A stretch of DNA of 64,000 bases. Source: Catajapyx aquilonaris. Lineage: Eukaryota. Position numbers and translations under genes: made by a program. Below are positions 53,497 through 64,000 of this stretch, in pieces; the first letter of the stretch is position 1; each line of letters opens with the position of its first letter. Below the pieces are notes generated by a model. That model did no database searches and had not been told where the DNA came from. It saw only the letters and a list, made by a program, of their open reading frames with translations. The stretch spans positions 62,001 to 126,000 of the forward strand of contig JYFJ02002099.1 in the NCBI GenBank assembly GCA_000934665.2, given 5' to 3'.

Positions 53497-56400
53497 AAAC
53501 AATATACAGCGGACCAATCAGCAACGAATTTAAAACTATCATTTTTGCTCATAAGTAAATACTTAAGAATTTAGCATGAAATCTGGAGTTACAGCAACAA
53601 TTTCACGCAAGCCAGCACCCTGTACTTTCCAAGAATCAGGCAGTCGGCTTTAAAATACAGCGCCTTAAACATCTCTTATCACGTCTAACCCCAAAAAATG
53701 AAAAATATGTAATTTATGAGTCCGTTAAAAAACGTGGTTGGGGAGGGATACAAGCAACAAAATGGGGTGAAGAGATAGTGCCCATAATGTGTCTCACTGA
53801 ACACGGCTTATGGGAGCCTGCGTGTAATTCCGGGATCTAAAACCCAGGGCAACGAGGATTGATGCGCATACTTGACAAACGCATCTGTTGTCATTGACTT
53901 CGTATATATACTGGCCTGATTTATGCTGGATTGTCCTAACAAAGCCTTGTTGATGAAGCCTGATTTTTTGCTGACAAAAATCTACTCCACATCCTCACTG
54001 CGGTCCCCTTGAACTACTAGAGGTGATAGTCATGCGCGGATTACCGACTGATGATGTTCATATCGGTAACAATTGGGCGATTAAATCTGGAATTATAAGC
54101 CGCGGTTGTAAATGCGATTTTGCAATTTTTCGCAAACTTGCACCGTGTGATGTTTACACCGTTAGACGTTGGTGTCGAATGTGCTTACACGGTGGCGCTC
54201 CACTTGTCGTTTGCAATATTTTTAACAGGCTCAATAATCCCAGTGGTATATCGGATTTTTAGGTTAAACGCGGATTTACGACGTCGGATTTGTTTAGATC
54301 AATCTCTCCCTGGCTAATCACTGGCATATTTTTATTGGTTTATATGTCGACCTGTAGCGTGCAGAATGCGGCTTAATCACACAGCTACAAAAATTACTCA
54401 GTCGTACTCATTCAACAGCGAGAATTTAATTTTAGCACATGGAATTCGCATTGTAATGAATGTGTAAAATGTTTAATCGGCCTATCAAACACATAAAAGG
54501 ACAGTATAGTGTTTTCATTCACCAAAATACAATGCTCATTAGCCCCTATTTAAAAACTAGGTATTCCTGCCTGAAATGCACAATTATATTGCCCATTTGG
54601 CCGAGATTCGACCAACTGGAATTCAAACTGGCATGTGCTAAATGATGCCCAGCACTTTATTTTGCACTCTACGTTTAAAAACCTAACCCAACATACATTG
54701 TACAACACACTTTGCTATTCATGTACTCTGCCTTTCAACGCCGACCTGACACTCTTTATTATAACCACAGTTTTTTTTTCAGTAACGCTGTAACACACAC
54801 GCCTTTCTTTATTCCCCGGGACACAGAAAAGCAGCGCACCGCCATTGAAAGCACGTATTGTAATTCCCACCACGCCGATCAACATTGCCGCAATAATGTC
54901 ATAGTAGAATAAACATTACATGCGCATGCATACACAGATGATTTGCGTAATCCACTCACTTGTAATTAAAGAAGCGATGAATTTTGAACACTACGTTTAT
55001 AATACCGTGATACAGTATAATGCAGTGAGCCAGTCATAAACCTGTTAGCACCACTTTATTTACCTAAATAAGGCGCGCTCTGTAATAGCACTTTCGGCCT
55101 GAAAGCCACATACTAACAGTGCTCATTCGAAGGATTCGAACATATATTTTTGGTTCACCTAATATGACATTTGACCCTGCCCTAAAACTGAACGCGTTCC
55201 AGTGCGTCCCGTCCGCGTCCGCCATATTTGGTCCCTTCAGCAAATCTTTCTCCTTGTTTCTCTCAGCAGCTTATCAGCTTTAAGTTAGCTAGATACAAAG
55301 AGGATGCGACTTAATCTGACAGCAATTGACACTTTTTGCTTCTGCCAGGACCCGAGGAAAACCTACACACGGAAGCTGCTCATTAATTTATGGGCCATCA
55401 GAATCCGTAATGAGGATTTCGCAGGCGACAGTACAAAAGGCTCAAGTGATGCATTAGCAACAGTCAACACTAATCTAGCAGCAATAGAGGGGCGATAAGA
55501 ATGCGAAGGGGAGGTGATAGGTAGGGGGTTGTTGCGAAGCGAGAGAAAGCGTTGGGGTGTGCTGCTCTCCAACCGATGTCGAATCGATTCTCCTGGTACC
55601 GGTGCTCAATGCGAACATAATTAGGTTGTGAACAGGGACTGGCAATGTAATTTTAACGCCAAGGTGATGCGGCGTATAAAAATACAATCGGTCGCGGGGA
55701 TGCTAATTATAATTAGTTTTGCGGAGACTCATTACTGGATTAGCAGATTACCTCAAACAATACGGGATAATCTGCAAACTCACTTATCGTCCTTGTATAT
55801 GAGAACGGATGTAATAATGGTGGGGGCAACTGAGGCTTACATTGTTGCGCAATTTCGAACGAAATATGAGCAATCTTGCAGTATGGAGTTTTTTTTTTTT
55901 TTTAAAAAAAGGAGTGGTTCTGGGATAAATTTCTTTTTCAGTCGGATTTGCATTGTGTCCGCTACGTACGCCTGTGATTTTCCACGGTAGAGATTTGATC
56001 AAAAGAAGCCCCCATTTTAAATCGACCCACACACCTTGAATACTAATGCGGACTGAGGGCGGCCCCATTTTTGCTATTGCTATGACAAGAAATCCGTTTC
56101 GAGTAGAAGAGATGAAAAGAAGGTTGGAAGTGAGTAGGAGATGGATGTGAGGTGATTGTAATAAGTAACGCACATCTGTACCAGGTGTGTCAGAAGCAGA
56201 CTCATGGATTTTTGGTAAAACTGTTAACAATGCTCATAGATTTTCTTCTGGAGCTACGCCACTGTTTCGTGACGAGAATTGTAATGTATGGAACACTTTT
56301 TATGAACATCGTAACTCACAGTCAGTCAACAGCATGTCTGCGCATATGCACTTATTAGAGAAAATCCTTGTTTTTGTCCAAGGCTCTTCAATTCATCCGA

Positions 56401-57110
56401 GACACTCTCTGGGAGAGGGTAAAAGGATATTGACATGTATCTCCAGTTGCACAAGTTCTCTTTTATCCGCTCGCAGTTTCACTTTGTGGACTAAATTACT
56501 AATAAATCCTCACATGAATACCCGCATATCAGGAAGAACTATGCAGTTGCTACATTGTTAAATTAAACATGTGCTTTATAATGCATTTCATTCCAATAAA
56601 AAAATCAACATCACTTAACTCATTGCAAATGTTTCTGCAGTTCACCATTCCAAAGTCCACATACATATATACGTGTAGCCAAATCGTATATTACCCCCAG
56701 GAATATTTTTTGTCTTCATTATACCTATATCTTCTACAGTGCAAGTATTTCAGTAATTTAGAGTATTATTATCATTATTAAGTTATTATTATTATTGCTG
56801 TTTTCATCGCAAGTCTACAACCTGCTGAACAGCAAGCGCCGTATTAATTGGATCACCTCCGCTGAAGCATCCCGCATAATCAGTTCCAAAAACAGCTCAA
56901 AATGCAGAAAAGCCAAATTAGAATCGCCCCCAACCACCCACTTGTTTACATGTCATCCCATTCAGAATCCAGAATGTGATGACATCCTCTCTTTACCTCC
57001 CCCTTTTTCTCCCCCTCAGTTACATGCAATGACCCACATGCGGACGAGAACTCCCACAGCCAGAAATAGCTTGAGTCGTGTGTAAAAATGCAGCAAACTA
57101 CCCCTCGACA

Positions 57111-57300
57111 CAGGGTGGTACACCACTAAAAATCCCCAGCTCAATATAGAAAATTACTAATTGTTCATCCCAGCAATCAGATTATAGCTCAGCAACAATC
57201 ATGGTATTCTAACAGGGGTTGCTCCTCTTTAAAACAGGTTGCTGGTGTTGTATACCTTTTCTTCACTTGAATTAGGGTATAAGGGCAGTGTACCACCCGG
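57111..57300. mobile_element. Degenerate Tc1/mariner-type MITE relic
   Basis: Termini cagggtggtacac and gtgtaccacccgg|TA. Weak complementarity continues for about 40 bp. Confidence 0.5.
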
Positions 57301-57636
57301 TACTACATATGCTCCCCCGGTGCGTCCGGAAAACCTCAACGAGCTCGCGCAAAGGTCGTAACGCCTGTGACGGAGAAGTCAACCAGCGGCAGTGTACATT
57401 GGTGGTACTGCGTACGCCCCGTCGCCCTACAACTAATTTGTAAGGCTAGACCCCGCTTCCGGAAAATTAGACGGCCGCAAAGCGAACGTCCGGGACTAGG
57501 AACCATGGACCAGATGAGAAGCGTGCGGGTGGGGAGAATTTGTGCATATTAATTTAAATTAAATCACATTTGGAATACAGCAATTAAACCAATCTATAAT
57601 ATTAAAAGCCTTCGGTGTACTGGTTGGCCACAGGTA

Positions 57637-57691
57637 TGCGCCTGCGCAATGTGAGGAGGCAACGCCTCTGGTGGGCGACAGGAGGAACTAG
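57637..57691 (-). repeat. Dispersed repeat family B, copy 3 (inverted)
   Basis: Reverse complement reads ctagttcctcctgtcgcccaccagaggcgttgcctcctcacattgcgcaggcgca. Confidence 0.75.
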
Positions 57692-59777
57692 TACCGTAGC
57701 TGACGTCAGTTGGACGTATTGTTCCAGTCAGTGTAAGACAATTTCCGTCTACTTCCTGATGCGTGTTTAATTATTCGGTCTCACGTAATATTACTTGTAC
57801 AGTACACCACTAACGTAATTCAAACACCGGAAACAATCAGTGTTAACCATCATGTCCAGCTATGAGTCGGTTCAGTGTGGCCATATCGTGAGCTGGTAAT
57901 GCACATGCGAAGCGGCTAGTGATAGCGACAATAAATGCATATTCGGGTCTAGCGGCCCGGAGGGAATGTTGCGGGGGGCAGGGAGGGGCATATAGCACTG
58001 ATTTAGTCCCAAGTTAATCATCTGAGTTTAGCTTTCTGAGCACAAAAAAAAAACATACTGGAACTATACTTGGTCGAATCCGATGCATTAAAAAAAAGCT
58101 CCATCCACGAAATTCCCAATAATATGGCAGCTTCGCCTAATATTGGATTATTACAGAAGGGTCACTAAGAGCCACATCGTGTTCTAACAGTTTCCAATAT
58201 AATGGACTAGTAATGGAAGGTAATGGAACGGCCAACATTCACTTCGTGGAACGCATTTTCCTTTACAGAGAGGTTGGGGCAAGATAGCATAACAACACTA
58301 TTACCACAAGTTTGCGCCACAGTGTGCTGCCAACCACATATAACTTTCTCTTACTATTCAGTTACAGCAATGGTAATTCGAGTATCGCCTGAGGGAGTTT
58401 TTATTTCACCGAATGTATGTTTACTACACCAGACGCAGTAATACATCATACTATGTGACGATAAGGCTAAAAAATAACATTGAAGTTGCAGTTCAGTTGT
58501 TACATTTCACACAAAACCTAATTTGTTGATTTTAACCACTTGTCTTTATGCGGTAAAATTATTGGTGAATGCTGAAAACATTAATATTGGCAGGATAATC
58601 CCAACGATAATACTGTACAATGTTACGTGAGACACGCAATATTCAGTGATAGTTCATGTCTATTCCTATGAAAAAGTGTTTTTACCATTACCACAGATTA
58701 TCGGATATTTTAATCCACAGTGTAATTACTGCAGGTAATTTAATAATATTGCTTTGTACAGCATGTAATAAACATGACCAACTGCATGTGTTTAACATTA
58801 CCGTACACACACTAAAACCTTGCTATAAAATTTCGCACAGTCTATGGCATTTGCATGAACAGTACAACACAACATACTTGCATTTCCGCTTATATACATC
58901 CTATATCCTTATCTCAAGTACCAAGAAGTATAGGCCTCTCCCATCCCAAACTTGCTCATTCCCATGAACCGCCGCAAATCACAACACTCAGTGTCCCTGA
59001 GAACTGCTTTTCTTCAACATTTGGCACCAGAATTGAAAAGTTTCCTACAAAATTTCGCCTGGGAAGACGTCATCCAAAACGGCCCCATTCAGCCACCCAT
59101 TTTGACACTCGCACCATCCCATTATTTTAATATCACCCCTTTTGAACATGCAACTTTCAACCACCGAATATTTTCGTTTCATATACCAAAAGATGGTTAT
59201 CAACAAAAGGTATGTTAACTCGCTGATATGTATCAATTTTTTAAATGCTGTTGCTGTATGTTGATGTACATTAAAGGTACTCACTTTCTTCCAGCATCAG
59301 TTAAGGACCACACAGCAGATTCCCAGATTGTATCCTCCGAGAGATGGCAGCGCAAGCCGGCCGTATCCAGACCGCTCCTTGCTCCAACTGTCGGTCACGG
59401 CTTCAACCATCCAACGTGGCATCGAGCTGTGGAATGGAGACACAAGACGAAGGATGATGAGACAGGGAGAGATTAGGAGGAAACAGCGTCGCACCTTTTT
59501 ATCACCCTCAACCCCCCCCNCCCCCCCCCGAAAGCTAACTACTCTAGGCCTCCATTTTTTTTTTTGTTCTCTCGGTTCTTCTCATATCAGCCGGTGATGG
59601 GGATAAGGACCTGGTCCGTAAATAATATTCTCCCTGACTAGCTAGGCTCTGGTGGTATCATTCTGGGAGAGCAGACGCCCGGATTTTCAGCACCCCCGCC
59701 CACCTACACCCACCTCGGTGCCAGCGCCCTGCTATCTGGCTGGGACCTAAAGATATGACTCGCATGGTCCGGGTGAG

Positions 59778-59832
59778 ACCATCAGTGAAATCCCAGAGGT
59801 ACGGTACGTACCTCTGGGATTTCACTGATGGT
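59778..59832. repeat. Perfect inverted repeat, 26-bp arms, 3-nt loop
   Basis: accatcagtgaaatcccagaggtacg-gta-cgtacctctgggatttcactgatggt. Confidence 0.97.
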
Positions 59833-60073
59833 TCAGGTGTACGAACGAAAAGGAATGACCCAATTATTATTATGTCACATATTAAACAAAAGCACTTAAT
59901 GTAAATGATGGTGCATCCAATAATTCATAGTATATTCCAATCAAATAATTCATATAAATCAGCAAATAATTGCACTGAATATACGTACATTAATATGCAA
60001 TAGAATGTACAGTGCACTAAAACGTCAGTTGCAATTATTATTTCAACGAATATTATTGCATCGTTGGTGAAAA

Positions 60074-60123
60074 TGTGAGATCAGTGTCTTGGAGGTATTG
60101 TGAGATCCGTGTCTTGGAGGTAG
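60074..60123. repeat. 25-bp tandem duplication
   Basis: tgtgagatc(a/c)gtgtcttggaggta(t/g) twice. Confidence 0.9.
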
Positions 60124-63100
60124 TGACGTATATGCGATTTGACAGGAATGGAGTTGGTTTTTTGGAGTATAGATGATGTTGGTCGGGTTTGAGAATCAAG
60201 GGGACGATAAAATTCTGCTGGCTTGGAAAGAAATCAGCAGTTTTTTTTTCTCTCTCCTTCAAACCTATCAAATATTTCGGGCCCATTTCCGCTACTGCCT
60301 GAGGCTGACGAGAAATGGAGGAAAAACTTGATTGCTGAACATTCACTGTATTAATGCAGAGAGTGAATTTGATCGTCTGCTCTTTCTTTAAAAATTTTTA
60401 CTGACATTAACCTGTACAAAGTAGTTAAAAAGTTTTTGTCTCTGAACTAGCTTATCCCCAACTTGCCCTAAGGCGCACTATCATCTTTGCATCTCTCGAG
60501 GCAAATTTTTTTTAACCAAAAAACTTATAAGCCACTAGAAAAACGGAGGGTACTTTAATTCGGATTAAAATTGAGGACAATGGCTGAAAAGTATTGTTCA
60601 AAATTTGGCTACACTAGCTGCAAAAATTTTGATTATTTCGTGTGCCCTGATTTGCTATTACCATTTGGCTATATTGTACAGGTCTTTATCCCTGCTGAAA
60701 ACTAACATAATGTCCAAAGTTTAATGACATTTGGTTCCGCTTACGAACCCTTCAATTATTACATAATTAAGTAACAAGCAAAGAGAAACGCGGTCTGCTA
60801 GCTTGATTTTATCGACGTTCTAGCTTCGTTATTATTTCGTCAGCTGCTCCATGGCTCTTGGGCATGATCGATGCAAACGTTAGTTATATTCCGGATACTG
60901 CGGTCAAGAAGCTTGGGTATCATTATAGGGTGATGCTGAGGAAAGGTTACCAAAATTACTAAAACTGAAGCTCAATTTCGGATTGTTGGTATATCCTGCT
61001 GATTATTAACCGCCCCAGCACCACCTTTTTGAATGAAACTCACTATATATAGCACCAGTTGGCCATCAACATTTCCGGAAGAGGCGCCTCACATATCTCT
61101 GATAGACCCCCAGCTTTCAGCCTCACAGGCGCCCCTAAGAAAATAAGAACCCAGAAGTGCCTCTCATTTGCCAAAAATGCTTTCAATATAATTTTTTTTT
61201 TTTTTTTTGCGATATGTCCTCGGGATCGGCTGAATCCAAACCGAACCCAGCCCAGGATGATGCCAACGCGTGAATAAAATCGATTCAAGCCTTATCGATC
61301 CAACCCTCCTTTCGAAGACTGGGAGGGTGGGTGGGTGGTTGGGTTGGGTTGGCAGAGAGAGGAGGTGGTGGTGGTGGAAGCTTGGTTTACCCGCTGCAGT
61401 GTGTGCTACAGGAGTCCCAGGGTTTAGCAGCTGAAAGGAGCAAGTCTCGATAGAATTCAGGTAGGTGAACTCCAATGACATAGGGAGGGTGGGGGGGAGA
61501 AATGCTGGAAGGCAACTATTGATATGTGGAATCAATGGGAAAAAACCCTTAGGGTACATTGCAATGTCATTACCTCCAGTTATATGTTGAACCACGTGTG
61601 GTGTTAATGGCAATTAAGCAAAAAGCTAATTTTGGGTTGGACCCACCTGAAGCTCAATTGCAAAACGGGCTGATCTTAAAAGTTTGTGCAAGAAATTTGT
61701 AAAAATAAAATATACGTATATATAAAAATTGCACGTAGTTTATAGGACACAGTAGCGTTTTTGGTGCGGGAGACGCATCCAATCGATCGGTTGATTTCAG
61801 GGATGTCCAATAGCCCGGGAACCAGACATTGCAGACAAGCATCCCGTTCATTGCATCACAGTACAGACATATACAACCGGGCGTGGCTGTAATTGCACCT
61901 AAAGGAATTATTACGATTTTTGCAGCTGCTGGAAATTGCCACCATTTAAAACCATTTAAAGTCCGGATTGTAACGGTTTGGAACCAGTTGTGAAAATCTC
62001 AAATTATGCATATGGTTGATACAAAAATATTGAGATGTTGTCGCAATATTTTTGACCCATATTACCACTATATAATTTTCGTGTCATGTTCACACAACAA
62101 GCCGTGAATTATCCACTACAGCAGTAATTTCCGCCATTTATGACCCGACCCTATCCCCATTCATTTTTAGCAAAGGTAGGCCTTCTCCCGTAAGTAGGCC
62201 AGCAACCATGATCAATACGAGCATTGATTCCGCCACCTGTTGGAAGCCAGGCTAATAATACGGAAATGTCCACAATAATGTCCACCGCACCCTAAAACGC
62301 AACACAAGAAGTTACGTCACATAATAATATTCAGGTCCGTTGACATTTGCGACGTTGCCACGATGTATGTGTCCTGGGAATAATATAGGTTACGGTAGCT
62401 GGGCGGGGCATTTTCTGCTGGACTTGTGCAGGTATGTTTGATCCTACATGTTATACTAGGGGTGGAGGTATTGTTGAAATGGACCGATCAATACAGGGCG
62501 TCTGGCCTATTGGCCTATTTGTCGATGGAGCTTTCCCTAGGGGGGTTGGCGTCGCTCGAGTCTGGTCAGGGCGGGTATGTCTCCCGAATGTAAATATTGC
62601 GCCATGGCTGAGCAAGGGAGAGAAAATAAACAGGACAATACAATGCAGGTCCCACGTGCTTTAGTCACAAATATGCCTGAATTTTTGTTGAATTAAAAAA
62701 ATAGCAAGTGAACTAACATAATGACTACAAATCTAGCAAGTGTCCCATATATAGGGTTAAAGATGAAAAGTGGTCAGTGTCTGATATTAATTTTATATGC
62801 ACAAAATATTTTAGACAGAAGTCGTTCAACTTTTAGTATTCTTGACTATATGTTTGTCTTTTTTTATGATGAGGAAGTCAGGTCCATTTATGGACAAAAA
62901 TGTACACAGTACATGTTCAATCTGGAAGTCAATAGCTATCGGTAAAGCTAGCCACTTTCCCCGCTATTGTTATATCGACGGCTATCTTTAGCGTACCTGC
63001 AGATATGGCTAGCTATAAATAGAGTATAGTGTATATGTATGTAAATCTCGGCGCAACTGCAGCACTATCAAATAATTTAGTGCTGCAGTATCTGACTTGA

Positions 63101-64000
63101 AATGCGTCATAAATAGTACCCCTGAGATAGGCCGTTTTATATCTGCACAATAAAAGCATATCAAGTTATACCAAAAGTCTATTGCGCTGGTTCAACCAAT
63201 CATTTCGTGTAGGCTATCTACAGCAATAGGAAAAATACAGTCAAGAAAATAATTTATTGCTCTCGCATGTTAAGTGGTTTTAAATTTTTATAGTTGCATA
63301 AATGCTCTGGAATTGTTTTAAAATGTTACTTTAAATTTAAATGTTATTAAGTAATAGTTTCTATGCATTTTATCAGGAAATGGCCTTGATAGCCATGAGG
63401 TACTGTATACATATGGTGCGAAGGGCTACATAACGCCCAATTTGTACCAAATTATGCATTTCGGTTCCCCACTGATTTGACCTAAATGGGCCTGACATGT
63501 TGCACACCGATTGATCCCCAAACATTAACCGGACCAGACCAACTAACAACACCCTGTCAATATAGTCATATCCCATCATATCTCAATCAGATTGCGAAAC
63601 TGGAAAATTAGACAAAATCTCTTGGAGTACATATTATTATCTTTAAAATATTTTTAGCGACTGATCATTCTTGGCTTTCGTATAACCCGCCACAGACCAA
63701 AGACGGTACTACCGCCACCAACGCGATAAACTATTGATATTTCCCATCACCACTTCATCAGAAGCTTTTCAGAAGAGCCCCTGAAGACTGCTGAAGATGA
63801 TCAACTCTGCTGTTGTTTTTGGTCAGTTTAATCAACTATACACTTTTCCAGACTCAGGGCAGCAGCCTCAGTACACTACAAATATTTGCAACTAATTGTT
63901 ACGACAACCTCATTACTGCTGCGGTAGCAATGGAAGTGACATGTCAAACATTTCCAGAGCGAACGACCACTGAAGGAGGAGGAATGGCTCCACCGCCCCC

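Noticed and set aside
11589..59520. Single N bases at 11589, 24331, 46264 and 59520, mostly in poly-C runs
   Set aside because: Scaffold gap markers, not biology.

Overview
This is eukaryotic DNA, almost certainly arthropod and probably insect. The ORF track is nearly all spurious. The one convincing gene is the 3' end of a + strand neuroligin, most like insect Nlg3. It has a 119-nt penultimate coding exon (19159-19277) that the ORF track misses, a 12.2-kb intron, and a terminal exon (31435-32294) encoding the end of the esterase-like domain, the stalk, the TM helix, a poly-Ala tract and a PDZ-binding tail (EELRV). Bases 1-19158 look like one more long intron, since I could not find the next exon upstream. 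I see no recognisable gene in 32.4-64 kb. The non-coding DNA holds short non-autonomous DNA transposons: a fold-back MITE family (3 copies), a TTAA/Kolobok-type MITE, two HINE/DINE-1-like Helentron derivatives, a Helitron-like 5' end and a Tc1/mariner-like relic. It also has mini- and microsatellites and two probable false duplications at single-N gaps. The least explained signal is four unrelated, near-perfect palindromes with 24-43 bp arms and 0-4 nt spacers. I found no solid evidence of a new multi-gene system, so the findings are hypotheses.
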